A DNA stretch of 64,000 bases from Paraspadella gotoi (taxonomy: Eukaryota; Animalia; Chaetognatha), in the NCBI GenBank assembly GCA_051294375.1, contig CM119265.1:9308772-9372771 (forward strand), given 5' to 3'. This document shows positions 12,837-25,759 of the stretch, one piece after another. The translations under genes were made by a program, and so were the position numbers. How positions within the stretch are numbered: the stretch's first letter is position 1; each line of letters begins with the position of its first letter. The notes beneath the pieces are model-generated. The model saw nothing but the letters and a program-made list of their open reading frames with translations. It had not been told where the DNA came from and ran no database searches.

Positions 12837-13136
12837 CATTTAACACACTTTTCATCGAAAGAGCTCTAATGAATTTTTTTTTTCGTGAATTACTTTTTAG
12901 ATTTAGTCGATTTGAATTTTGTCATTCTTTCGATTTTGAAATAGATTGAGTTTAAAGGAAAATAGCAAACATTCAACCAAATTGTACACAATACCGAATG
13001 TAACAATAACTAATTCTACTCAATAAAAAAAACTCAGAAAATAATCGTCTCAAAGAATTTTGCAAAACCGTCTATCACTTCGTTAATTTAGTTTTATATT
13101 TAGTTTTGTATTTTTTTTAAAAATTTTTTTATCGAG

Positions 13137-13598
13137 ATGAATCTTTGTTTCATCGCGACGATTATTTCGGCGGTGATCGTTTTCAAATTAACCGCCGACG
13201 ACCCAAACGTCAAAGCCGATGAGGTAGAGGGCAACTCCGTGGCTGCGGATCCAAACTCCGCTGCCGGCGCCGCCGCCGACTCTGCAGAGCTGAATATCGA
13301 CGCCGCTACCGAAATCAAGCCCGAAATTTCGAATCTCCTCAGTCGAAGGCAAGCGACGGCGTTCGATCGAAACGGGCGTGGCATCCCTCCGGCGCCGCTG
13401 AGAAGGCATCGACGAGAGGCGTCGTCGTTCGAAACGAAAACTAACGAGGGCCTTTTGCGGATGGAAGGAGAAACGAGGGAGGAATTCATGGAGCATCTTC
13501 CGTTATTCAAGGGCGCGTCGACGAGCCTTTCCAGCGCGGGAAGCCTCGTGGTCCTTTGGGTTGCTTCGATGTGCGTCTTTGCGGCGACGAGGATTTGA
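13137..13598 (+). CDS. Orphan 153-aa secreted or GPI-anchored-like proprotein (single exon)
   Basis: ATG-to-TGA ORF forming a GC-rich island with codon style like the real genes in this window. N-terminal hydrophobic signal (MNLCFIATIISAVIVFKLTA), acidic Ala-rich region, RRHRR furin-type site, C-terminal GASTSLSSAGS plus hydrophobic tail LVVLWVASMCVFAATRI. Confidence 0.65.
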   Translation: MNLCFIATIISAVIVFKLTADDPNVKADEVEGNSVAADPNSAAGAAADSAELNIDAATEIKPEISNLLSRRQATAFDRNGRGIPPAPLRRHRREASSFETKTNEGLLRMEGETREEFMEHLPLFKGASTSLSSAGSLVVLWVASMCVFAATRI

Positions 13599-16500
13599 AA
13601 ATAGAGGAGGAGCGAAAAGATCGATTTTCAATTAAAGGAAAACCAGTTGAGCTTAGCGGTGGGAAAATTGTGCAGCTGGCCACTAGTCTCTAAATGAAAT
13701 GCCGATGTGGACTCTCCCACTCTCTCTCTCTTACTCTGTCTCTCCGCCTCTTTAACTCGCACTTTCTCTCATTCTCCCCCCCTGCTCTCGCTCTCTCTCT
13801 TTCTCGCTCCATTCCATAGAAATTTCTTTGGAAAAAAAGGATAATGAACTCGTTTAAAAGGAAATATAAGCAGAGGGATGCGGCCATCTGTCAAATACTT
13901 ACGGAAAGAAGGACCTTTCTCTCTTGNNNNNNNNNNNNNNNNNNNNNNNNNNNNNNNNNNNNNNNNNNNNNNNNNNNNNNNNNNNNNNNNNNNNNNNNNN
14001 NNNNNNNNNNNNNNNNNNNNNNNNNNNNNNNNNNNNNNNNNNNNNNNNNNNNNNNNNNNNNNNNNNNNNNNNNNNNNNNNNNNNNNNNNNNNNNNNNNNN
14101 NNNNNNAAAAAAGGAAAAAAAATCAAAAGATAAGAATTTTTCCCCGAAAAAAAAAGGAAAAGGAGAAAAATAGAAAAAAGAAGAAAAGAAGGCGGAGAGA
14201 GAAAAAAATTCCCATTTTCTCTCCGAGAATTCTTTCACTTTCGCTCTTTCAATTTTTTTTTTTTACTCAGATTCTCACTCAGTTTTTCCTTTTCAATTTT
14301 TTTTTTTGTTATCACCGACATTTGGAAGGCGAACGCAGAGGCTTAAATCGGGAAAGACGGTAATAACGAGGTTTAAAAATGAGAGAGAAGATGAAGAGAA
14401 TCCGATTTTGAAAGAAAAAAATGGGAAAAAAATCGATACGAATCTCTCAAATTTTCTCGTGAAAGTTTAAAAAAAAATTGAAAGAAAAGAGCGCGCGGGA
14501 ATTAGAGAAAGTTAATGAGGGGAAAAAAAAAGAGAGGTCCCACGAATCTTAAAAAACACCTGATTGATGCTTCGCGCAGATGCGGTGAACCTGTGCGATG
14601 AAATTAGTTNNNNNNNNNNNNNNNNNNNNNNNNNNNNNNNNNNNNNNNNNNNNNNNNNNNNNNNNNNNNNNNNNNNNNNNNNNNNNNNNNNNNNNNNNNN
14701 NNNNNNNNNNNNNNNNNNNNNNNNNNNNNNNNNNNNNNNNNNNNNNNNNNNNNNNNNNNNNNNNNNNNNNNNNNNNNNNNNNNNNNNNNNNNNNNNNNNN
14801 NNNNNNNNNNNNNNNNNNNNNNNNNNNNNNNNNNNNNNNNNNNNNNNNNNNNNNNNNNNNNNNNNNNNNNNNNNNNNNNNNNNNNNNNNNNNNNNNNNNN
14901 NNNNNNNNNNNNNNNNNNNNNNNNNNNNNNNNNNNNNNNNNNNNNNNNNNNNNNNNNNNNNNNNNNNNNNNNNNNNAAAAAAAAGAGAAATCTGAGATTT
15001 AGCGCGGGAAGCCAAGTGATTCGCTTAAACGGTCGACGTCTGCTCGTTGAGGTCACATCGTTGCGTCATCGTCATCGTTCACTTTCACCGACGCTAATCG
15101 TCGTCTTCATCGTTTACCCTAAAACGCGCACTCTCGTTTCTTACCCTCAGTCTCTCATTGTCCGTTTCTTACCATCGACTTACTCCCATCAATTTCGAGG
15201 TCAGAGTCGTTGTCAATTCTTAACGCCGTCGTCCTCGGTCAACATCGTCGTCCAAAACCTGCGATCCTTGTCCTCGGCATCGTCTTTCTGTCCTCGACCC
15301 CCCCCTCGCCCCCCCCCCACGCGCGATTCTTCTCGTGGGATTCGATGAAAAGAGCGACGGATCGAGACGAGAGACGTCCACTGGGCACGTGCGGGTTGAT
15401 GGGGGGAAGGGGGAAGGAAGATGGGGATAGAGAAGAGGCATAGGAAAAAAGGGGGAAAGATGGAGTCCGCCGCTTCGGGCTCTTGGATGAGAATAAGAGG
15501 AAAGAGACGATAAAAGATGAGAAAGAAAAAAAAAAGGCGGTATGAAAGTTTTGATTTCCCACAGAACTTACCTTTGCCAATTGCCATCCTCGCCTCGCCA
15601 AGCCCCTTTTCCGCCCGCTCCTCTCCCCCCCCCCTAAAAAGAAGAGAAAAAAGTTCCCATGAATTTTTGTTGACGAGAAAAACGCGCGCGAAGGAGAAAA
15701 TTTGTTCTCGTCGCTTCCAGAAAAGCATAAGAGAAATGAAAAAAAAAACGGGGCAAAGATTTCGCGTGACGAGAGATCCGGGGTTCGAATCCCGACGACG
15801 ACGACAGCGGCGGCGGTGGCAGCGGCGACGGCGGCANNNNNNNNNNNNNNNNNNNNNNNNNNNNNNNNNNNNNNNNNNNNNNNNNNNNNNNNNNNNNNNN
15901 NNNNNNNNNNNNNNNNNNNNNNNNNNNNNNNNNNNNNNNNNNNNNNNNNNNNNNNNNNNNNNNNNNNNNNNNNNNNNNNNNNNNNNNNNNNNNNNNNNNN
16001 NNNNNNNNNNNNNNNNNNNNNNNNNNNNNNNNNNNNNNNNNNNNNNNNNNNNNNNNNNNNNNNNNNNNNNNNNNNNNNNNNNNNNNNNNNNNNNNNNNNN
16101 NNNNNNNNNNNNNNNNNNGTTTTGCCTTTTTTAACGAAAAAATGAGCCGATTTTTTTATTATTTTTTTTTTTGTTTCCCTCCGAAATATATAGGTTTGTT
16201 TCGCCAAAAAACTTTAATTAGTCCCTTTTTTAGTCGTCGTTTTTATTCTTTTCTTATTTATTTTAAATTAGCATTTTTTTTTGTTCCGTGTTTTAGTTTT
16301 GCTTTTTTCTATCTCTCGTTGTTTTTATCATGTAAATTTTATTCAGTGAGGTTCGTTTAGCCGTTTTATAGGCGACGGGGAATAATTGTCAAAGTCGTTT
16401 TACGTCGCGAAATTTAGTCAAAATTAATAAATATCATGGACTTTTATTACTCCTTTTTTTTTTTATCGAAATCACGAATATGAAAACTCAGGTTCGGTCG

Positions 16501-16634
16501 GTACTTCACCTTTTTACATATGTAAAAATAAATCCAGAAAACTCTCATTTTTATCTTTTTTAAAAATTGTTTTCTTATCTTACCACCTCCTGCTTTTAAA
16601 TATTTTAATACAGTCTGCTTAACGTTTTCCATAA

Positions 16635-17077
16635 GTCTCCCATCAGTGACTCATTTAGGCATGATTCCTTATTTGCGTCATGTTTATTCGGGTTTCGTTT
16701 TCCCTTCTCGACTCTTACCACCTCGCGATATTCCACCATTTCCTCCTTTCCTCCCCAGTTTCCACCTTTTACCTTTTCCACCATTCATCGCCAGTTCCCA
16801 CCTTTTCCACCTTTCAATTTCTTTCCGCCCTTCCCCGTACAAACTCGTGGGAAAAAATCTAAGTTCCCTCGTTCGTCATTCGATGGAACGGGCGCGGGTT
16901 CGAATCCCGATTGGGGACGACCACCGCTCGACCCCTTCCCTTCCCTGCTCCTTATCCCACCCAGCTCTCGCCCCCCCAGCAAAGATAAAAAATGACGGCG
17001 ACTGGCCAGGAACAAAAAAGGGCTCTACTGGGGCCACAAGGAGCACGGCGCCCCGGCTCTCGGCCTCCGTCCTCGTC
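16635..17077 (+). mobile_element. Possible tRNA-related / SINE-like element with Pol III B-box
   Basis: GGTTCGAATCC B-box at 16897-16907 inside a T-arm-like CGGG-TTCGAAT-CCCG. Weak A-box-like GTGACTCATTTAGG at ~16647. No complete cloverleaf. Confidence 0.25.
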
Positions 17078-17384
17078 NNNNNNNNNNNNNNNNNNNNNNN
17101 NNNNNNNNNNNNNNNNAAGGAAGGGAAGGGAAGGGGGAGTCGATATCAAGAACTGGAATTGTAACATCAGCGACAAACCTTCGTTTTTCGTCTTTTCCCA
17201 TTTTTTTGCCATTTCGGCATGAATTTGCCTTTTCGAAGACTGGTTATTGCGATTACGATTACGACGTTTTCTAATCTTCTTAAAAGCCATAAATTTTTGC
17301 AATGGGTTTAACTTGACCGAAAAGCAAAATAATTTTGAAATGTTGGCGTAATTTTATATCAAGTGAATAAACGTGAGTCTTGGT

Positions 17385-17510
17385 TGAAAGTTTGTAAATG
17401 TGATGAAGGCCTTAAACCACCATTGCGTGTCCAAAGTCGGGGGCAAGATAGCTTATCTATTAAATCAATGGATAATTTTGATATTGGTTGTTCCAATTTC
17501 ATGAACAATT
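17385..17510 (+). repeat. Interspersed repeat family A, copy 1
   Basis: TGTGATGAAGGCCTTAAACCACCATTGCGTGTCCAAAGTCGGGGGCAAGATAGC...GGATAATTTTGATATTGGTTGTTCCAATTTCAT matches the reverse complement of ~50075-50180. Confidence 0.75.
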
Positions 17511-18388
17511 ATATTTTTATTTCCCTCTTTTATACATACATCGTTAGACTTTTTCGTCCAAGCAGCTTTGGCACCATAGATCAACAGCCTATGTTCCAAC
17601 TATTCTTAAATTTGCAAAAATATCTGAACTAGTACAACAGTAAATGCTTCAAACTTATAATTCGTGAATCACTATTTACTAATATATAATTATAAGTAAA
17701 AATCTAAAACTAAAATGTTCAATTTTGTTCATTCTCGGTCTCTTACTTTTTTCTAAATTAACGTTAACGATTAACAATCGCCTCTCTAGGAATGTTTTGT
17801 TTCCCTGAAATCGGTCGGTCCGTCTTTCAGTCAGTCTGTCTCCCGTCAATCAGTCAATCCGTCATTCCGTCAATCCGTCAATCCGTTAATCCGTTCTCTT
17901 CGATCGACCTCGATATTTTTCGTCGTTGACTTAATTTTTTTCCCTTTCGTCATCAATGAAAAATCATTTTTCCCAGGAAATTGAGTGAAAACGTTTTTTT
18001 CCTCTTAAAACGAATTTTCGCCTTGAAAAAGCCGACTACTATTTAGGGCTAAAATTACCAATTTTTTTAAACTCTCTCTCTCNNNNNNNNNNNNNNNNNN
18101 NNNNNNNNNNNNNNNNNNNNNNNNNNNNNNNNNNNNNNNNNNNNNNNNNNNNNNNNNNNNNNNNNNNNNNNNNNNNNNNNNNNNNNNNNNNNNNNNNNNN
18201 NNNNNNNNNNNNNNNNNNNNNNNNNNNNNNNNNNNNNNNNNNNNNNNNNNNNNNNNNNNNNNNNNNNNNNNNNNNNNNNNNNNNNNNNNNNNNNTTTTCT
18301 CTCTCTCTCTTTTAATTTTCCTTTTTTATTTTTCCTTTTCATTCTCTCTGGTCTTTTCCTCTTTTTGCCCCCTTCTCTTTCAGGTCTG

Positions 18389-18424
<36 letters not shown>

Positions 18425-19329
18425 NNNNNNNNNNNNNNNNNNNNNNNNNNNNNNNNNNNNNNNNNNNNNNNNNNNNNNNNNNNNNNNNNNNNNNNNNNNN
18501 NNNNNNNNNNNNNNNNNNNNNNNNNNNNNNNNNNNNNNNNNNNNNNNNNNNNNNNNNNNNNNNNNNNNNNNNNNNNNNNNNNNNNNNNNNNNNNNNNNNN
18601 NNNNNNNNNNNNNNNNNNNNNNNNNNNNNNNNNNNNNNNNNNNNNNNNNNNNNNNNNNNNNNNNNNNNNNNNNNNNNNNNNNNNNNNNNNNNNNNNNNNN
18701 NNNNNNNNNNNNNNNNNNNNNNNNNNNNNNNNNNNNNNNNNNNNNNNNNNNNNNNNNNNNNNNNNNNNNNNNNNNNNNNNNNNNNNNNNNNNNNNNNNNN
18801 NNNNNNNNNNNNNNNNNNNNNNNNNNNNNNNNNNNNNNNNNNNNNNNNNNNNNNNNNNNNNNNNNNNNNNNNNNNNNNNNNNNNNNNNNNNNNNNNNNNN
18901 NNNNNNNNNNNNNNNNNNNNNNNNNNNNNNNNNNNNNNNNNNNNNNNNNNNNNNNNNNNNNNNNNNNNNNNNNNNNNNNNNNNNNNNNNNNNNNNNNNNN
19001 NNNNNNNNNNNNNNNNNNNNNNNNNNNNNNNNNNNNNNNNNNNNNNNNNNNNNNNNNNNNNNNNNNNNNNNNNNNNNNNNNNNNNNNNNNNNNNNNNNNN
19101 NNNNNNNNNNNNNNNNNNNNNNNNNNNNNNNNNNNNNNNNNNNNNNNNNNNNNNNNNNNNNNNNNNNNNNNNNNNNNNNNNNNNNNNNNNNNNNNNNNNN
19201 NNNNNNNNNNNNNNNNNNNNNNNNNNNNNNNNNNNNNNNNNNNNNNNNNNNNNNNNNNNNNNNNNNNNNNNNNNNNNNNNNNNNNNNNNNNNNNNNNNNN
19301 NNNNNNNNNNNNNNNNNNNNNNNNNTTTT

Positions 19330-19775
19330 TTTTTCTTTGTTTTTCTTCTTTCTTTTTTTTTCGTTGAAAAGCGAAAAAAGTCTCTTCGAACAATGAAGAC
19401 CTAAGAAAAAATTTCATTTTCTTTATTATTAATAATAAGCCACAAAAAAAATGTGTAAGAAGCGAGAAGAAGGAAAAAAGTAGATCGATTTCTTAGCCAT
19501 TTTCTTCTTTTCCTTTCTTTTTTTTTTCTTTCTTCTTCCCTTTATTTCTTATTCTACTTCTCTCTTTCTTTCGTCTCCTTCTCTCTTCCTTCTCTTCCTC
19601 TCCTTCTCGGTCTTTTTCTTCCGTCTCCTTCTTCGTTGTTTGGCCCGGGAGAAAAACAGGGTTGCCGTCGATTGAGTTTTTCAGGACGAAGAGTTGAAAA
19701 GAACAGTTTAGTTGAGAGGCAAAGAGAAAAAAAAACAGTTGAACGAGGAAGAAATGCTTGAAATGTTTGAAGCTT

Positions 19776-19811
<36 letters not shown>

Positions 19812-20842
19812 NNNNNNNNNNNNNNNNNNNNNNNNNNNNNNNNNNNNNNNNNNNNNNNNNNNNNNNNNNNNNNNNNNNNNNNNNNNNNNNNNNNNNNNNN
19901 NNNNNNNNNNNNNNNNNNNNNNNNNNNNNNNNNNNNNNNNNNNNNNNNNNNNNNNNNNNTCAGGAATTTCCATCTCTTAAGACGGAATTCCAGTCGTAAT
20001 TGCGGAATCGTCTCTCTCTCACTCTCACTCTCTCGCTCTCACTCGAGATTCTCTATCCCGTAATCAGTAATTACTAGTCTCTCACCCTTCCTCCCCCTCA
20101 CCGCGATCCGTCGCCGCCCTTACCTTTGACCTCACGCTTCAGGAAGTTCGCCGCCTCCGGCGCCGATAAAATTCGTCGCCGACGACGACGACACAGACGC
20201 CGACTAACGACGCCGATAGTGGGGGCGCCCTAAGCTTTATCGCTCGATCCTTAATTATTAGAGTCGTCGTCTTCGTCGCCCGACGTTTGTGTTGTTTCCG
20301 TTTTAGCTGCTGCTGCTGCTGCTGCTGTTGTTGTTGTTTTTGAAGATTATCTTCTGTTTCCGCTTTGCTCAATTGCACGCCACGACGTTCTATGCTGACA
20401 AACGCGTTTGATAAATGAACTCTAAAATTAGCAGTAAATTGTAAATAGTATCTAAAAGACTTAGATCTTGCGAAAATTCTTCATTTTTCCGTTGTGTTTC
20501 GAATTCAGTTTGAAATAACTTATCGTTGTCGTAAAAAGACTTTATTTCAAACTAAAATAGATTAAAAAGCCAAGTTAAACGTAACGATGTATAATTTCAC
20601 ATACAAACATTGTAGTCCATTATCATTCTTGCAGATTGAAAGAGACTCCTCCCCGCGCCCTCCGTCGACGGCGAAATCACGTGACACGAGGTGACGCGTG
20701 ATCACGTGACCGGCGATTGCGTGATCCCCCGATCCTTCGTCGCGTCGACGTCATCGTCGTAGATGTCGTCGCCGCTGTGGTCATTGTGTCGCTGCGGTCG
20801 TCGTCGTTCGCTCCTTTCGTCGTCAAAATATTTACTTCGTTA

Positions 20843-20877
<35 letters not shown>

Positions 20878-22696
20878 TCTCTCACTTTTACCCAGTCTCG
20901 AGCTTCCGACGTTCGCGTCCCGTGTTCCGAAAATACGACACGCCCCCCTCCCGACGCCCCAGCGTCAGTCCAAAGTCCGTCGGACACTTTCTCCGACGAT
21001 AAATCTAAACGGTGATATTTTTTCTGAGCGATAAATAAAATCGCTCGATGACGTCATCGAGAGTTTGACGCGATATTTTGTNNNNNNNNNNNNNNNNNNN
21101 NNNNNNGGTCGTCTTTTCGGAGAACATCACGGGAACGTCCCGCGGTACTGCGTCCTCCGTCGGCGTCAATCTTGTCTCCTCTCTTCCTCTCTGAGCATCT
21201 CCTTCTCTCTGTGTCAAATACGTCTTCTCAGTGAGACTCTCTGACTCTGTCACTCGCCGTGCATCCTGATCGACGCTACGCTACGTCATCTTCTCTCTGT
21301 ACTTAACCGATCTCATCTTGCTTAAACTCTTTTCTTGACCGTACTCGACGACAGGGTGACGGGAACCGCAGAAGCAGATCGAGACCCGCGAGAGACGAGA
21401 CCACAGTGACCACTCATGCCGGCTCGAAGGACATCTACGATCGATGACCGTCGAACGGCGCACGAAGGATCGAGGGAAGAAAGGTGAACAATGATCTTTT
21501 TTTTTTCTGGCGCAGAATTCGTCATTCTCTCTAAGGTCTTTCGTTCTTTTTTATTCGCCAAGGTTAATGTCGGAGATTTTACTGAGAGAAGATATTTGGG
21601 TTATTCATCCTTACATTTTAGAATCATTGCACAGATAATACACTTATAATTTACGATGTCACGTGTACGTATCCGATCGGCAGAAGAGAGAGATAGACAA
21701 AGAGGAGAGGAGAGAGAAGAAAAAGAGGCGACGAGAAGAAGAGGAGAGAAGTTCAATTTAACAATCTAGACAGAATGATATGGAACAACAATGTTTTGAT
21801 ATGTGAAATTTATACATCGTATACGTATAACTGGCTATTTTAAGTCTCATTTTAGTTTGAATAGAAGTCTTATTTACGACACGATAAGTATATTTCAAAC
21901 TGTATACGACACAACGGAAAGAAAATTGATATGGAGATTTCGGCGAAGATCTAAGTCTTTTATATATAATTTACAATTTACTGCTAATTTTAGAGTTCAT
22001 TTATCAAACGAACAGAGTTTGTCAGAAGATAGAACGTCGTGGCGGTCAATTGAGCAAAGCCGAGAACAAGAAGTAATCTTCAAAAACAACAACAACAACA
22101 ATAAACAACAGCAGCAGCAGCTAAAAACGGAAACAACACAAACGTCTGGCGGAACGAAGACGACGACTCTAATAATATAAGAGAACGATGTCAAAAGACT
22201 GGAAATAAAAATGCGTGTATAGTAGGGCATGGTGAAAAAAAAACACGCGAGTCGAATTTAAGATCTATCCGGCGGTCAGTGTAGGTCTCTGCGTCAGGAG
22301 GAGGATTCGGTGGTCGGACGCACGATTTTATCGGCGCGCGAGGCTGGCCGACTTCCTGCAAGCTGTGAGAGAGGTCAAAGCGTAAGGGCGGCGGCGGATC
22401 GCGATCGAGGTGAGTGGGGAGGAAGTGTGAGGACTAGTAATTATGATTACGGCATTAGAGGAATCCTCGACTGAGGAGCGAGAGAGTAGAGCAGTGAGGG
22501 GATGAGACGATTTCCGCATATTACGACTGAATTCCGTCTTAAGAGATGGAATTCCTTAGAGGAAAAGACGTCGGAAAAGGATTAAACGCATTTTAATTTG
22601 GCATTCGGAGATCTTTGAGGTAAGCACGCGGGCACGGGGTAGGTTCAAAGGGGAGAGAGAGAGAGAGAGAGAGAAGAGATGGAGAGAGAGAGAGAC

Positions 22697-22743
<47 letters not shown>

Positions 22744-23290
22744 TAAAGCTTCAAACATTTCAAGCATTTCTTCCTCGCTTCAACGCTTTTTTTTTCTCTT
22801 TGCCTGCTCAACTAAACTTGTTCTTTCAACTCTTCGTCCTTGAAAAACTCAATCGACGGCCAACCCTGTTTTTCTCCCGGGCCAAACAACGAGAAGGAGA
22901 CGGATGAAAAGACCGAGAAGGAGGAGGGTCAGTAAAGAGGAAGAATCTCTGCGTGGGACAGGAAGAAAGAGAGAAAGAAGAGTAAGGAAAGGCCACGAAA
23001 GAAAAGAGAAGAAGTGAAGAAGAAAATAAGAAATAAAGAAAGAAGATAAAAGAAAAAAAAAAAGAAAGAGAGAAAAAGAAAAGAAAAAAAATGAGAACTA
23101 AAAAAATACGAAATCTACATATATTTTCCTTACTTCTCACAGCATTCATTAACACATTAATATTAGTCTAGATAGAGACATATAAATAGATATTAATAAA
23201 TAATAAGAAAATAGAAAGTTGTTTTCATTTAGGGTCTTCAAAATAGGATGTTCGAAGAAGAGAGAAAAGAAAGAAACTTTTTTCACGGCT
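19330..23290. repeat. Inverted duplication: ~19330-20830 versus indel-rich reverse copy ~21330-23290, around a 25-N gap (21082-21106); probable assembly artefact
   Basis: TTGTTTGGCCCGGGAGAAAAACAGGGTTG (~19636) has its reverse complement at ~22861-22890. The GCTGCTGCTGTTGTTG block (~20306) matches AACAACAGCAGCAGCAGC (~22105). Confidence 0.85.
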
Positions 23291-25759
23291 TGTAGTCAAA
23301 CGATAAAGAATAAAAGAAAAGAAAAAGAGAAGAGAAGAAGACAAAAGAGAAAGAAAAAAACTCAAACGTTCAAAAGAAAAAAGGGATATTTTTATGACTT
23401 ATCTTTTTTTTTTACAAATGTTAAAACTTTTATCTCTCATATTTCTGCAAAAGACTATTTTTCCTTCCTTTTTTCTTTTTTTTAAACTTTCCTGGTGGAC
23501 CGAAGAAGTGATATTATATTTTTCTTTCTTCCCTTCCGTCTGTCCATCGATCCCTATTCTCTCTCTCCTAAGTCTCTCATCTCAGTCTACTCATACGTCT
23601 ATACATGCATACATACTCATCACATAACCCGACAATGGGAAACAATCTCGCTAGCTCGTAATCTACTCCGTACCCCTCTCTCTCCCTCTTCTACGAGTTT
23701 TTTATGATTTTTTGGTTCTCTTTTTTCGTCTAAGGTTTCCATCGTACTCGTGTTATTCTTCAATTGCCTCTCTACTGTATGCAAGAGGATCCATCCATGG
23801 GTGATTCCCCACTAACGGAATCGTGAATGCATAGTCTGAGGTCCATTTTGAACTAGAGTCTAAACTCTGCGTCATTTGTTAACCGACTCGCTAGAGAGAG
23901 AGAAAAGAGAGTCGGACTTACTCGGTCGATGCAGATTTCATGTTCGGAGAGTGCGGCAGAAGTGTTTGAAAGATTCATAAGTATGCTCTGATGCAAACTT
24001 AGGTTAGCCGTAGAAAGAGACGTCAGTGACGGTAGAGACGAGAGAGATGAGAGTCAATTCGATCATCTGCGAGTGACAGTGACGTCGAGAAGAGAGAGAG
24101 AGAGAGAGAGAATCGATTCGGATACATCAAGAAATATATAGGTGGGTAAAATGACAACAGTAGGAAGAAAATCGTGCTTTTTTCGCACACGAAGTGAAAA
24201 CATCTAAAATTGGAGAGAAGTACAGTGGATACGTGTTTGTTTTAATCCACAGGAACAAAATCTCTTCGGTCGGCGGAGTGGAGTAGAAAGCAACCTAAAA
24301 CCGGAATCCACTCTCGTCCAATTCTCTCTCTCTGCTCTCTGCTCTCGTCCATACTCTTATCATCCCTCTGTCTTCTCCTCTCTCTTCTTCCTCTTCTCTT
24401 CTCTCTGCACCTAGACCTGAAAAGAGAAGGTCTCGCATAAACAGAGTGAAAAGACCAGAGAGAATGTGAAATGGAACATAAATACAAAATAGCTCGGAAT
24501 AAAAGAGGAGAGCTGAGATAAAACATCAATTCCTCTACTCCCTCTCCAGTGTCTCGTATACTCTCTCATCTCTGGTGAAAAACTTTCATGATCAGAATCT
24601 TAACTTCTACTTCTGCATGGATCAAGTAACATGCATGAGAGCCATCGCATGACGAGATAGCGCATGCAGAGATCGATGACTCGTAGCGTGCATACTCTAG
24701 GCTGCAGATCTCTCGAGATCGATCTGAGAGACTGCTGATACGTCAGTCGTGACTCGATGCACGACTCAGAAGAGTAGACGATAAAATAAGATCTCCACGT
24801 CCTGGTAATTTTTTTATAAGCATTCCTATTACTTAGTAGTCTCCAAGTGCTATTATATCCAATAGAACAGAATACTCTTTCGCTCTTTTTAATGATAGAG
24901 GTAAATAACGAAATCATTGTATCAGCTCGAACAGTGTTCCTGTGAGGTATATATAAATGATCTTCTTACTACAGTTGTATCAACGAAAGAGGTCTGAATA
25001 ATCTACGACTTAAGCTCACTCGAACGGTATGATATTATATACTCCTTCGTATTCTCTGACCTCTCTCTCTCTCTCTCGTGCTCTTTTCCCGTCTTTCGTT
25101 TCTTTACTTCTCACGAAGACACAATGGCGTCTTGTAAAAAAAAAATTGTTACTACGCAGTTTATTTTCTTGTTGTTTTTTTTTTCTGTAAAAGAGCGCAG
25201 AGAGAGAGAGACGAGAGAGGAGAGAGAGGAGAGAGAGAGAGAGAGCGACCAGAGATTAGAGAGAAGAGAGAGGAAGAAACTTTCTCGTGAGAAAATTCTA
25301 TTGTAGTGCATCAATCAACAACTTGTTTCATTGACGGGCCGGAATTGACGGGGGAATATTTACTTCTCTCCCTCTATACGTCCTAATATTTTTTTCTTAT
25401 ATTTTTTCCCTTTAATTTTTTATTTCTTTTTTATCTTTGCTTCTATTTTCCTTAAGTTTCTTTTCTTAAGCAATTTTCATCTTTCGTTTGAGAGATTCTT
25501 CGCAACTTGACGAGGGGTTTCACGGAACAGAAAAATGGCGAAGTTTCGACTTTCCTCGTGAAATCGGGTAACGGAGATCAGCGACTAACACGAAGGCGTG
25601 ACCGAACCGACGATCCTCTCGAGGGGGAATCAAAATACACGCCATTTAAATCTCTGGGAATCGAGACGTGGTTTTTGTTTCGTTAATCCTCTCTCAAAGC
25701 TTTTTAAATTTTCGAAAAGCGAAAAAAGCTGTTGAACGGGTGATAATATTGGTGTATGG

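Noticed and set aside
18365-19417. Long ORFs of 300+ aa (also 28027-29178)
   Set aside because: They run through N gaps.
23490-25100. Apparently unique sequence with short ORFs
   Set aside because: Lies within the noisy gap-filled segment, so base-level accuracy is doubtful.
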